Assembly: GCA_965603825.1 (NCBI GenBank)
Contig: CBFDEM010000021.1
Location: 248,001-312,000, forward strand
Origin: Blepharisma stoltei ATCC 30299
Taxonomy: Eukaryota; Protista; Ciliophora
Direction of reading: 5' to 3'
Length of the DNA: 64,000 nt
Shown here piece after piece: positions 1-12,244 of this stretch. Position 1 is the first letter of the stretch. Each line of letters starts with the position of its first letter. The notes beneath the pieces are model-generated. The model had not been told where the DNA came from. It saw nothing but the letters and a program-made list of their open reading frames with translations, and made no database searches. The position numbers were made by a program, and so were the translations under genes.

Positions 1-753
1 TTCTTTTGTGAAATATGAAATATGGGGATGGTAATTATGCTTGACCCATTCTTCAATCGTAGTAGAATTTTCAAGCTTATGATTAGCTATAGCTGCCCTG
101 TCTTTGGGGCCAATCAAAAACTGAGCACGAAGAATCAAAATTCCTTCTTCACTGATATCAAATTTAGCAAACCATTCACCTTTATCCTTAACAATAGCAA
201 AAGGATAGATATGAACTAAATTTTTTGCAGCCTCTCTGAAGACCTCATATTTTGTGCCACTGAATTCTTGGAAAACTCCTAGCACGAGCCCATGGAGTCC
301 ATTTTCTGACATATATTTATCAAATGCATCAGTATCTGCAAATTCTCTCAATTTCAATGTTTTTTCTTTAAATGATGCAATAAAGGCTTCTTTTCTTCTA
401 TCTCCAGCATAATGATAAAATTCGTCAATTTCAGCTGGGAAATATACAATTGCTGGGTACCCTCCAACATCATATTTCTTAATATATTCAGCATTTTTAG
501 GGTTTGTGGCATCAATTTTTGCAAGTTTTAATGGAAGTTTTTGCTTTGCAAGCTCTTTTGCAGCGTGGAAGTAGGCTGATGAAAATCTTGTGTATTCTGA
601 GCTGAATGGGACATAAAAACAAATGACTCTCAGCTCGCCATGGAATTCCTTTTGAAAATCTTCTATTGATGGCCCTATAAGTTCATATAACTCTCCTTCT
701 TTTATGTATGCAAAGGCAGGAATCAAGCTTAATAAAAATAGTAAAGCCGCCAT
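1..753 (-). CDS. PDI-family (thioredoxin a-b domain) secretory protein lacking CXXC; truncated at window edge
   Basis: Manual translation from ATG 753: signal peptide MAALLFLLSLIPAFA, FYVPFSSEY at the FYAPWCGHC position, LAKIDAT, YDVGGYPAI; open to base 1. Absent from the ORF track. Confidence 0.8.
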   Translation of the reverse strand, partial: MAALLFLLSLIPAFAYIKEGELYELIGPSIEDFQKEFHGELRVICFYVPFSSEYTRFSSAYFHAAKELAKQKLPLKLAKIDATNPKNAEYIKKYDVGGYPAIVYFPAEIDEFYHYAGDRRKEAFIASFKEKTLKLREFADTDAFDKYMSENGLHGLVLGVFQEFSGTKYEVFREAAKNLVHIYPFAIVKDKGEWFAKFDISEEGILILRAQFLIGPKDRAAIANHKLENSTTIEEWVKHNYHPHISYFTKE

Positions 754-815
754 TTATATATTACGTGTAATGCAGTAAATAATTCAAAAATTTTTATTTA
801 GATAAATCCATAAAA

Positions 816-1580
816 ATGGGATGCGCTGCAGCTATTCCTATGAAAATTACAATTAGCCCAAATCTGAATAGGACTTCAATTTCTCCAGTTGATAATCTAT
901 ATTCGTTAGTTGAAGAAGTGATACAAGGAGTTAACAAAATAAATGCTGGCCTTTCTGTAGCTATTGATAAATTTGAAACTGTAACTGGGCTTCATAACCC
1001 TAAAAGAGGTTTAGCTTGTGGAGTTCTTGCATTACTAGGGTGCATTGCTGCATACCTAGATGGCAATTTATTGAAAGTAAACTTTCATATTTTGGATTGC
1101 ACTCCTGGGATTAGCATGGATTTCTCAAAACTCTCAGAAAATCTATCAAATGATTTTATGCTGTGGGTAATGGTAACTAAAGAGATAGAATCAGCAGTAG
1201 AAGACTATGAATGCTTAGCAGTCAAATTTAAATCGATTATTGAATCATATCAAGATGTTGCCCTATCGTTACAGACAGAAAGAAGCAATTATGAAAGCCA
1301 AGAGTTTTTAAAGCTGAAGGGAATTGCCAAGGAGAATAAAATTAAGTTAAAAGAGAGTGCAGAGTTTTACGGAGAAGTTTTAGGGAAAATTAAAAATTAT
1401 ATGAGTGAGCTAGAAGGAATACAGCATGGGCTGCAAACACAAGAGCTGACGTTAGAAATTTTAAGGATTGGGCAGCATGCGAAAAATAGAGAAATTGATA
1501 ATCCGGTCATATTGATGGAAAAAATAGGAGATTATATAGAAGATGTTTCGAATAGGTATATGTGTTTTACAATTAATTAA
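816..1580 (+). CDS. Hypothetical helical/coiled-coil protein with N-terminal MGC (possible acylation)
   Basis: 254-aa ORF, ATG to TAA, AT-rich flanks. Confidence 0.75.
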   Translation: MGCAAAIPMKITISPNLNRTSISPVDNLYSLVEEVIQGVNKINAGLSVAIDKFETVTGLHNPKRGLACGVLALLGCIAAYLDGNLLKVNFHILDCTPGISMDFSKLSENLSNDFMLWVMVTKEIESAVEDYECLAVKFKSIIESYQDVALSLQTERSNYESQEFLKLKGIAKENKIKLKESAEFYGEVLGKIKNYMSELEGIQHGLQTQELTLEILRIGQHAKNREIDNPVILMEKIGDYIEDVSNRYMCFTIN

Positions 1581-1702
1581 TTTAACATTTGTAAGCACTA
1601 AATAATATCGATAAATAATATACTAGGCCATATTTAAGGAGAAACATTAAAAATCTAGCCATATTGAGAATTTAAATGTAATTTAATTCATTAAGATCCT
1701 TG

Positions 1703-2290
1703 ATGACATCAATCCCTGATTGGATCATGGACAAGCTTAAAGTCAGCACTCCCAGGAAAATTTCAATAATAAGAAAACACAATAGACTTTTCAAAAGGTA
1801 AAATTCAATAAGTTTTCAAGAGCATCCTCTCTCCTATTTAAAAAGCAGCAGAAATAGTTTATCTCCAGAGCAGAAAAATTCTACTTCAAATTATTATCAA
1901 AATTCAATTTTTATCCCAGTAAATCAAGAAACACCTAAAAAAAGTATAATTATCCACAAATATAAGCCTTCTATAGAAAGAATATTAAATGCAACGAGTA
2001 AACTAGAAATAATAACCCGAAAAAACATAGAAAATGAGGATTTTAAAGATGATATAAAATCAAGAATCTCTTTAAAAGCCAAGCTGAACCATTTGAATAA
2101 AAGTGAGTTAAGAATCGTTGGAGAAAAAGCAGGGGTATCACTGCCAAAAATATATCAATTTCACAGAAACCCTGGGAAGATGAAAAACAAAAATGTAAAT
2201 GACCAGTCCACAGTATTTTGTGATCGTAAATTTGAAGAAGCAGAAACTGATTTTCGCATGCTGAGCGATATAGATTGTGATAAAGATTAA
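1703..2290 (+). CDS. Hypothetical basic protein, one 15-nt intron
   Basis: ATG 1703 is in frame with ORF 2093-2290 once intron 1798-1812 (contains in-frame TAA) is removed. Confidence 0.65.
1798..1812 (+). other. 15-nt spliceosomal intron
   Basis: GTAAAATTCAATAAG; removal restores ORF. Confidence 0.75.
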
Positions 2291-2402
2291 AGAAAAAGCT
2301 CATATGAGATAGACATAGCCATAAATAATTTTATTTATTGGGTTATAATTTATTGCATGGAATAGTAAATATTTAGCCATACTTAGTAATAAATATTTCT
2401 TT

Positions 2403-2783
2403 ATGGTAAAGAAAAGGTTCATTGCTTTTATTGGGAACTTACCATTTGATTTAACTGAAAATGATCTCAAAGAGTTCTTTAGCCCTATTGAAGATATTCA
2501 AATTAGAATGAGACATAATAAGGAAGGAAAATTCAGAGGATTTGCTTTTGCTGAGTGTACGAATAATGATCAATTCCAAAAATTACTAAGAATGCACCAT
2601 TTGGAGTTAAAGGGTCGCAAAGTTAACATTGAAATGAGTGCCGGGGGTGGTGGAAAATCAGAGGCAAGGAAACAAAAAATAAAAAAAGTAAATGAAAAAA
2701 TCACAAAATTCAGAAAAACAATATTTAAAGGGTCATCTGAGCACAAGAAAAAGAAAGAAGCAGCAGAAGATTCAAATGAATAG
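2403..2783 (+). CDS. Single-RRM nucleolar protein, Nop6-like
   Basis: RNP2 FIGNLPF, RNP1 RGFAFAEC, followed by KVNIEMSAGGGG. Confidence 0.8.
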   Translation: MVKKRFIAFIGNLPFDLTENDLKEFFSPIEDIQIRMRHNKEGKFRGFAFAECTNNDQFQKLLRMHHLELKGRKVNIEMSAGGGGKSEARKQKIKKVNEKITKFRKTIFKGSSEHKKKKEAAEDSNE

Positions 2784-2985
2784 AATAGTAATCTAACGAA
2801 AAGTTTTGATTTAAAACCATTTATTTAAATCCCAAAAACTACCATTAAACTATTAATTTATACAACAATCATCTTCATATCAATTTCTTCAAAAATATGT
2901 CTAGATTAGTTTCTTACCTTACTTGCTCTTCTTTTCTCTTTCTTTTAACTTCAAAAAATCACATACAATTAGTCTTAATAGAAAT

Positions 2986-3678
2986 ATGGATAACAGAGAA
3001 GAAGGAGGACCATGCTCAAGTTGCTGCACCGTTGTATTAATCGCAGGAATCAGTGTAGCTCTTGTTCGTTGGGACATTGATACTTATCAACAATGGAAAA
3101 CAGCCGAAGAATTAACCTCCCACGACTACTATGGCCTTATATGGTCTTTAGGGATGTGCTTAACTATCAGTCTAGTCTGGTTTTCCTTACCTCTCTTAGT
3201 AGTCACTTTAGCGTGCAGATTAATCAAAATTGCCCAGTGTATAGGAATTTTTCTATTAGTTTGCGGAGGACCTAATTTATTGCTATGGAATATTTTAGGC
3301 TGCATCATAGGATCTTTTGAATTCAAAGATTTTTGTATCAGCAAAAATGACTGCGATACAGATTTCATGGTAATTGTAATGAGGTCAATTACTTGGGGAT
3401 TTTTATATATAATCAGCTTTATTTGCTCATATGGGCTTTGAAGAATTATTTTGGATTCTATTAAAGGACTAAGGCTTAAAAGCAAGGTTAAAAATTGGAG
3501 AACAGCAAGTAGGGCTGGAGAAAAACTACTAGATCATACATGCTCTATTTGTTTAGATCATTTTGGAGTTAATGAAAAAATCAGAGAACTAACTTGTAAG
3601 CATACTTTTCATATGGAATGTGTCGATATATGGATGCAGGAACATGAAACTTGCCCAATATGTCGCCAGGCTTATTAA
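2986..3678 (+). CDS. Multi-TM RING-H2 E3 ubiquitin ligase
   Basis: Hydrophobic segments joined via TGA(Trp) 3439-3441 to CSICLDHF...LTCKHTFHMECVDIWMQEHETCPICR. Confidence 0.85.
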
Positions 3679-3706
3679 TGTTTAATTGGTTGAATTAAAA
3701 ATTTAA

Positions 3707-5278
3707 ATGGAAAAACTCAGAGAAAGCGTTTATTTTAGGAGAACTGATTTAGTAGATGAGTGCTATAAATATGATAAAGGAGGTACTGGAAATGTAACTC
3801 GAGAACAATTCACACAAGCCCTAAAGCTGTCAAGGCTAAAATTCTCAGAAAAAGAAATCCAAGAAATCGCCCTTCTTGCACCCAAAGATCCTGCTGGGAA
3901 AATCAAGTACCGGGATTTCCAGAAAACAATGCAAAGCCAACAAAATAATAGAAACCCAGAAATTTATAGCGAAGAAAGCTATCCTGATAAAGTAAAAGTT
4001 GCCCATGCGCTAAAAGATCAAATTGAATTAGTAACTGAGCCTGAAGTGAGCGAAGCTATGTTTGTCAGCTTTATTAGAAGAACCTGAATAAGAATTGAGC
4101 CACATAGGCTAAGAGAAATATGGTCACAAATCCCGCATAGGACTTCTGAGCTAAAAAAATGGGTCGAGAGGTATGTTCTTAATGACTTACCAGATGCCGT
4201 TTTACCTCCTGATAACTCTACAAATATTGCGAATTTACCGATTATTTTAACAAAATTAAGGAATATTGCTACTTTGTATGGAGTTGATATAGTCATGCAG
4301 TCAGTTAAGGCTAAGTCTGTGCTGTTTAGAGAAGATTTGTGAGAAATTGTGAGGAAATTTAAGCTGGGGGCAACGAATGAAGAATTTGATAAATTTCGAG
4401 AGTGGGCAATCCAGCAAGGACTTATGAAGCTTTATGATATTGAGCTTGGAATGGACTCTACAGGTCTTGCAGAATATTTTAGCGATATTGAGGTGCTGTC
4501 AACTCAAGAAGACCTCCAAGGGAATTCTCCAGCACTAACCCAGATTCTTAAAAAAGCAGTTGGAGAAATGATAACAGAAAGATTGCTTAATGTAAAACGA
4601 GCATTAGAAGCTAATGGCGACAACCATTATATAGAAGAGATTAGGCTTCGAGAAGTTTTAGCATATTCTTTACCTCAGCTTTCTAATGAAAATATAAGCC
4701 TGATCATAAATTCTTTAAAATATACTATCCTCCCAAGCTATGAAAATCCATTCAGAAGAATTTATATACCAGAGCTCATGAGTTTAATAAATGGCTCAGA
4801 CTATGAATTATCATTTAAGAAAAAAGAAGAAACAAAAATTGATATAGAAGAACAAAAACCAATAGATTTTGGAAATTTTGTAGTTAAGCCAAAAGATTGA
4901 AATTGAGAAATAGGAGTTTTACGGAAAATTTATTGCAGGTATAGAGAACTTATAGCGAATTTAAAGATAGCTGATTGAGAGAAAAAAGGATTTTTAACCC
5001 TTGAGCAATTTCATTGGGCACTTAAGGTAAGCATGGATTGGCTTACAGATGAAGAAATTTTCTTTTTAGTGGGGTACGCGATTAGAGAGGCCGGATGTTT
5101 AGATGAAAAAAGAACAGGTGACGCTAGGAGAGATTTATATGAATATCAAACGACATCAGTAACTATTAGCAGAGCGATGTTTCCTGAAGGAGAACAATAT
5201 AATATCTCGTATCTGTATTTTATGGTATCGATAGAAAGATTAATGAAAATGAATGAACTGAATTCTGAGCAAATTTAA
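3707..5278 (+). CDS. EF-hand-containing protein (~523 aa)
   Basis: Three track ORFs in one frame separated only by TGA; EF-like loops DKGGTGNVTREQF and DWEKKGFLTLEQF. Confidence 0.8.
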
Positions 5279-5540
5279 GATTTTCTAATGTTTTAACATA
5301 TTTAAATTAATTCTATAGTAAAAATATAAATAAAAAAATGGAAATTCACATTTAGAGTGAGTGGATAAATACTACTTAGATACTAAAATAAGTAGAAATG
5401 GAAAAGAGATTGGGAAATTGCTAAGGGCACTTTAACATGGCAAAGCCTGATAAGGCTTTCCGACCTCACTATACTTGGCCAATTATATAGAATATCAATT
5501 TCAGAGCGATTTTTCAAGTCATAATGGAATATTCACATTA

Positions 5541-6191
5541 TTAATAATCAGTGATAATTTCATCTTCAATGTCCAGGTAATTCCCACAGTCCGAACTGCT
5601 ATCAATTCTCTCAAAGCTGATTTCTCCTTCCACTTCTACATTATTCACTTCATTATTCCCATTTCCTTGCATTTCCGCATTTTCTTCAAACTCTGCCTCA
5701 ATTCCAATTTCCTTATCACATGTCCTTGTTTTTTTCGAAATACTTTTCCATCTATTTTTAACACTATTTTCATTCCTTCCTGGCAGGTCTTTAGCGATTA
5801 GGCTTCATTTATTGCCTACTTCTTGTTGTCTATTGATAATAAAGCTGTCTTCTTCTGGTGTCCAGCCACCTTTTTTCAGGGATGGGTCTAAGTGGTTATA
5901 CCACCGTTCTCTACATTGTTTTCCATTACGCACTTGGCTATTCGCATAAAAACGATCATTTAGCTCCTTAGCGATCTGTGCTCACTTTTTGCTGCACTTT
6001 GTAGGCAAGAGACTAATCAGAGCTTGATCTTCATTTTCACTCCAGGGATACCTAATTTGGTGAACATTCTTGGAAGCAGGCTTAAAAAGCGGGTAAAACT
6101 TATGCTTAGCATTATTGATTTTGCAAGGGATCATTCAAACTCCATTCCCAATTTCATAAGGATCTGTAGGGTACTGATTGCAATCTTCCAT
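5541..6191 (-). CDS. R2R3-type Myb transcription factor (216 aa)
   Basis: PWSENED..KKW(TGA 5982-84)AQIA..RNGKQCRERWYNHLDP..WTPEED..GNKW(TGA 5805-07)SLIA..LPGRNENSVKNRW; acidic tail; TAA 5541-43. Confidence 0.9.
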
Positions 6192-6262
6192 ATATTTCCC
6201 CCTGTGCGTCTGATTTATTAGTATGTATGAATATTTAAATTAAGTCTTATATAGATTTAAAA

Positions 6263-8437
6263 TTACGCAACCTTAAACGCTCCTCCAAGCCATTTTTCTT
6301 TATTTTGTTCTCGGAATTTGTGGGCAGAAAACGGATTATAAGGTAAATCAGTTGTGGGGTTAGCTTTGGTGAATTCCCGAGGAACAGCTGTGGTGGGGGT
6401 GATGTTTTTGGCAGAAACTCATTGCTTTTTGGACTCTTTTTGCTCTTCATGCTCAATTTTTTCAGGATCTTTGTAAGGAGCGTCGTTTCGCATTGAGCCT
6501 AGGAATGGGTATTTGAGTGTTCGAGATTTTACATTAAGGGTATTAGGGGTTTCTGATTTTACTCGGCTTGCAGGAAATTTTGTGGTTTTTATTTTTATTG
6601 TGCTTGGCTTAGCTAAATCATCAGTGCTTGGATTTTTTCTGAGCATCACTTTTGGCATGATGTCAATGTTATATTCAGGATGCAGCATTGATCGGATTTG
6701 GAATTTATCTTTTCATATAGTAGGCTCTACACTTGAGCACTGGCTCGATTCCATATCTCCTTCATATTTTCCAATGACTTTTGTGAACTCATTTTCATTA
6801 TTAATATTATAATTCTGTTCCTCTTCTTTATATTCTTGAGTTTCTCTGCTGACTTTATTAGCGATCCCATAAAAATTCCTTAAGTATTTAACTGACTCAT
6901 TTTTGTCGAAATCCCCCCTCAGCTTCCAATTGCTTTTTGTGCCAGTTTTTACTAGCGAATCTCCTTGTATCATAATTTCTGAGCCTACTGGCTGAGTAAA
7001 TGCATTTTTAATTAAAATTGGCCTATCAGTCGTCGCATTGTTTTCTAATGCTGCAAATTCATGATGCCTTTTAGATACAGCGAAGCCTGAATGTGAGGAT
7101 TTTGGTCTGATATTTTTATTAGGCTTCCCATTTGGGTGAATTGAGGCTTCAAATTTTACAGTTGATGCTGTGACTGGTCTACTTGGAGAAGAAAATTTGT
7201 TGAAGGAGTCTGGAGTTATTTGAAGGGTAGATGAAGAAACTGGACGATTTGACCCTGATGTAAAAGGGCGGGTCGACCCTGAGGTGAAGGGACGCGTTGA
7301 TCCTGAGAATGGCCGAGAAATAATTGCAGAAGTAGATTTGCTGGCATCTGCAGCTGTTAAGTGATATAAAGAGTCATTAGGCATGTCAAAAATAGGCTTC
7401 GCAGGAAGAATTGAATAAACCACTTGTGATAAAGGCAAGTCCAGTCTGTTTTTTTCTTTTTGAATTTTTTCTATCATGTATTCTACGAAGTTTTTTAGTA
7501 CTTGAACAGTTTGAGGGTATTTTGGATTTATGTGAAACATAGAACCTACAGCATTGTGATGAATAATTAGTTGGGATCCTCTTTGTGTTTCTGCAAATAC
7601 TTGAAAGCGGTTATCATTATCTGGCAGTGCAATTGGGTGAATATCTCAAGCATTGCATTGGGGAATTAAAAAATCTTGTAGGCCTATATTTTTTACAAGC
7701 CAATGTTGGACGTTTCTTTTATTTATTCGACACAGCGCTTCATTTTGTTTGCCGACATAAGCGGACTCTAGTTGGTCAAACTGCTTTGGGTTATATTGAT
7801 AAGGCTTTAATATAAAACCCCTTAATTTTTCGTTTTCTTGAGCTGCTTTATGATGATGAAGCCCTATGTTAGAAAACGGCAAAAACTCATTTGCAGCAAA
7901 ATCATAAGCATATAAATCGCCAGTGACATTATCAAGAAATGCATCTCCAAGCTTCAAGTTTGCCAAGACTGCTTTATCAATCCTTTGAAAATCTTCAACT
8001 TTGCTTCCTTTACCTTGTCCATTTATCACTCGATTTATATGAAATTTCGTGGCACATAAAAATACCAGTATCTCCATTCCGCATCCAGCAGCAAAAAGAA
8101 CTTTTTTTGTTCTTTTGCACATTCTCATTAAAATCAAAAACTTTTTACATTTTTGATACCAGGGCAGCAAATTTAAATCTCCATCAAGAAATACAAAATC
8201 TATATGATCAAACGTTTTTTGTGCTTCTGGGCTGAGATATTTAGTGTTAAGCTCATATAAATAGCTATCTATAGTGTTTATGTCAACGGTTGCAAATTCT
8301 ATGTGTGAAATTGGTATAAATTTCTGATGGGAAAAAGACTATATGAATACTACCTCTTTTACTGATTTTTCAAAGTCTGAAAAGCCTCGATTTCCTTCAT
8401 CTGTCTCAGGAAAGGCGTTAACAATTAGAACTCTCAT
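6263..8437 (-). CDS. Class I glutamine-amidotransferase-like fold protein (degenerate) with long low-complexity tail
   Basis: MRVLIVNAFP..FVFLDGD..VLFAAGCGMEIL..GSMFHINP..VLKNFV; one 15-nt intron plus three TGA joins; TAA 6263-65. Confidence 0.65.
7238..7320 (-). repeat. Coding tandem repeat RP(F/V)(T/S)SGS(T/N), about 4 copies (approximate bounds)
   Basis: RPFSGSTRPFTSGSTRPFTSGSNRPVSSST in ORF 6713-7540. Confidence 0.7.
8339..8353 (-). other. 15-nt intron
   Basis: GTAGTATTCATATAG, in-frame TAG. Confidence 0.8.
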
Positions 8438-8449
8438 ATTTATAAAATT

Positions 8450-9103
8450 CTAAATTTGGTCATATTTAAGATTAAGAATTTCTTGCTGCGATTTTTGTGC
8501 CAATTTTAAATTTCTCTGGTTTTCTGTTTCTAAATAAGCCACCATTTCTTGTAAATGCTGATTTTTTTGGTATAAATCAGTAGGCTCTCTCCAATCTTCT
8601 ATTTCTTCTGGTGCTGAAACTTCTCCCCAGCCTTCTTGTAGGATTCTAGGAATTTGTAAAGCTATTGTGCACTCTTTTCCATCAAGTTCATAATTAGTCT
8701 CAATTAAAACAGCTGCAGCCTCATCTTCACGCACTGAACGAGGTGTATTCATAGGCTCCATTAAAAAGATTGAGTTTACTCGAAGCTCATCCATGGTGAT
8801 AAAATTCAATTTTAAATCGAAATCTCCTTTTAAAGCTTTCCCTAAGAATAATTTCAGCCAAAAAAGGGAAGCATTTTTATAAATCGGTACTAATAAATCC
8901 CTAGGAAGAATATCAATTGAATACACGGTCGCTCGCCCCTCACTTTCAATTGTGATGTTTAATAATGTAGGCGTTTTTAATTTGATTTTGCATAAGTGCT
9001 CAGCTCTTACTGCGCTGTTTTGAATTCTGATTAGAGCTCGGTCTTCTTCTCTAGCTTCTTTGAAGTCTTCAGATGTTCATTCACCTTTAAGAATATCAGT
9101 CAT
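8450..9103 (-). CDS. Hypothetical protein with C-terminal coiled coil
   Basis: ATG 9103 in frame with ORF 8450-8926 through one TGA; ends TAG. Confidence 0.7.
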
Positions 9104-9125
9104 TTAAATATTTATGGAAAATTAT

Positions 9126-10238
9126 TTAAAAATTATTTTCATAAGATCTTCTAATGTTTTCATTTTCATTCGTTCTTCTTGTCATTGTTCTTTTAAGACT
9201 AGAACTGCGATTTATTATTATGGGAAGTCTTTTACCATCTCTCCCAATGGGATTTTTTTCAGATTGTTTTTTGATAAATTTTTCTTGGGCATATTTTAAG
9301 TTTTTTAATGCAGCATCTCTAGATGCTGTTGGTCTAGGTTTTTGAAGAGGTGAAGATGGGGTAGAATTTTTAATAGAGGGCTGTGATGATTTTACATTTG
9401 AAGATCTATCGATATTCATAATTCATAAATCTTTTGTAGCTGCTATTTCTTCAAACTTAACAGCGCCATTGTGATTATCAATTTCGTCAGTTGATTTTCA
9501 AAAATCTATGTCTTCTTGAGGAAAGCTAGTTATTTCATTTATTTTTTTAATTTTTTGGATCTTGGTTTTATTCGTGCCATAAGTTGGAATGCTTTCTAGC
9601 ATAACTTGCAATTGATTTATTTTATCATCTTTTGCTTGAAGTTTAGCTTTCAATGAAGCGATTTCCATCTTATAATCTTCGTTTATTCTTTCTAATGTAA
9701 AAATCTTTTCTTTAAATTCCTCAATATTCGGCTGTTTTTCATGTTTTGGCGACTGGCTGATTCACGATTTATTTAAACTCTGGGCTGAATCTCTAATTAA
9801 TGGTATTTCAGGAATAAATTGAGATTCTGATGGCAGCTGAGGGCTTTGTGACTCAATAACTGGAAAAGAGCCAGGAACAGTTTCCATGCTGTATATGATA
9901 TCTGTTTCATCAAATCCAATAAATCATGGAATTCTTTCAATTTTTAGCTCTTCCATAAAGATTTTTTTATCATTATTCTCCAAACGCACAACGTCTATCG
10001 ATATCTCTCCTTCTTCAATAAGTTCTTTGATTTTCTCCTCATTTTTAAAAGCAATCCCCACAATCCTGCACTGATACTGAAAATATTCAACAGCTCCCAA
10101 AAATTCTTGCACAGATCCTAAAGAATCCACATCAAAACAGACCAGTCACACAGGATTTCCTCTCTCAAACTCAACCACAATTTCTTTATTGTCATATAGT
10201 GATCGAAACCCTGATATTTTTTCTAAAAAATTTGCCAT
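9126..10238 (-). CDS. Hypothetical protein: possible thioredoxin-like N-terminus, coiled coil, basic tail
   Basis: ATG 10238 in frame with ORFs 9924-10130 and 9126-9419 via TGA codons only. Confidence 0.7.
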
Positions 10239-10255
10239 TTAAAATTAATTTCAAG

Positions 10256-11836
10256 TTAAAATGCTTTGTTTCTCATGATTGCGATAAACTCAGCAAAATC
10301 TATTACACCATCTCCATTTGTGTCAACTTCTTTCAAAATGTTTTGACATTCTTGGAAATTTATTGAAGGGTCAGCTGATAAGAAATTTTGAAGCTCTTTA
10401 GCAGAAATTGTTCCGCTGCTATCAACATCGTAAGCTTTAAATGCTCTTTCCAGTTTTGTTATTGAAAGAGACCTTTCTCAATCGGTTGCTGCAGTAATAA
10501 ACTCTGAAAAATCTATATAGCCATTTTGATCGATATCACATCTTTCCATTACTTCTCTGGCATCTAGGATACTTCCTAGCTTAACTTTGGCAATTCCTGC
10601 TTCCAGCTCTTCTTTGCTTATTTTCCCATCTCCATCTTTATCAATATTTCTGAAAACCTCTTCCAGCTGTTGTGTTTCTTCACATGCTGACAAATGTGTA
10701 GCAATAAATGCTAAGGTGGCTTGTTTAAGCTTAACATTGGCATGGAATGACTTTAGCCTTGCTAAGCAGCTAATGTGTAATGGCCTGTCTTTAATAGCTC
10801 CACAAGCTCTTTGCTGTATTCATTTATGGTTCATAGCTTGCTCTGCTGTAAAACGCTCCGATACATTTAACTTTAGCAGATTTAATATAAGGTCTTGAGC
10901 TTCTGTAGAAATACTTCTCCATTCTTCTGTGTTTATTTTAAATTTTCCTCTTCTAATTCTTCTGAATAAATCTTTGATATTTCTTGCATTAAATGGAGGA
11001 TAACCAATTAAAATAATAAAAAGCACGACTCCGCAGCTTCACAAATCGCATTTTTCGTCATAATTTTTATCTAATACTTCTGGTGCTACAAAATAAGGCT
11101 ATATTATTTTTACAGTTCCTAAAAGTTCAGTAAACTTTTGATTTTCAACCATTTTGGAGGAATGGCCGAAATCTATGATCTTTAATAAAGAATTTTCTCC
11201 AGGGTACTCAAATAAGAGGTTCTCAGGCTTTATGTCTCTATGTACAATACCAAGTTTATGGCAATGAGAAAGACCTGAAAAAATCTGCTGCATATATTTT
11301 GCTGCTTGATTTTCAGTAAAGTCTTCAGAGTTTGTAATTCTCTCAATTAGGTTAGAGCCTGTGCATAGCTCAGTAATAATGTAATAAGTTTGTGGTTCTT
11401 CTATGAATTCTAAGATTCTGACAATATTAGGGTGGTCCTATATATTTCTTACAACATGGATCAAATTTTCTATTTCTGTCAATATATGCTCTGTGATCAT
11501 CTTAGATCTATCAATAGATTTAACAGCCCTTAAAAGGCCTGTCGCTTTATCTTGCACTTTATATACAGTTCCATAGCCGCCTGAGCCTATACGTTCGATA
11601 ATCTCAAACTCGTCTATTAGTGCAGCAGCTCTTTTTTTGATAAAAGAAGCTTTTCTTACCCTGAAACTCAGTGATGTAGGCCTTTTATCATAAGTTGTGT
11701 ATACTTCTTCAGGACCCCCTAGCGAGTCAAGAGATTCTCTGCTTTTATCATGGATAGAAATTTTATGTCTTAAAGAGGAAGCCAAAGGGTCTTTGTTTGT
11801 AATTCCCACAATCTTTAATGTCTGACAGCATCCCAT
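10256..11836 (-). CDS. Calcium-dependent protein kinase (CDPK) with 4 EF-hands
   Basis: MGCC N-terminus, GSGGYG, AVK, HRDIKPEN, DFG, APE, DLW(TGA 11039-41)SCG, four EF loops; two 15-nt introns. Confidence 0.93.
11099..11113 (-). other. 15-nt intron
   Basis: GTAAAAATAATATAG; splicing gives GT|PYFVAPE. Confidence 0.92.
11438..11452 (-). other. 15-nt intron
   Basis: GTAAGAAATATATAG; splicing gives HV|DHPNIV. Confidence 0.92.
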
Positions 11837-12244
11837 ACTGATTTTATAATTTAATAAATAAACTGATTACAAAATGAATTTAAATTTTTTTAAGCAGTCT
11901 TTGGGAGTTGAAAAGTAATATAACGTAAAATAAGCTATAAAGGGCTGACGATTATATATATGCTAATTTGAGGTAATCCATTTATTATTTAGTGCATATT
12001 AAATTTGAGGTTGCAAAATTTAAAAAAAATAATCATCATTATTTTGAAAATTATAACTTTATAATTATCTATTAAATAAAACTACCTCTTCATGCAGTTA
12101 ATAACTGTAACGCTGATTTTTTTTAAATTTGCCATAATACATTTATTATTAAACAAAAGACTAACTTTAGTTAAGTTTCCATAGATTCCATTATTAAAAT
12201 TCCAAATTATCGAAAAGCCTCTCCTCACTTGAAACACAGAAAAA

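Noticed and set aside
12092-12244. 5' extension of the 12245 gene via a candidate intron GTTAAGTTTCCATAG (12170-12184)
   Set aside because: Starts GTT and lacks the -6 A found in all 15 accepted introns; the upstream sequence looks intergenic
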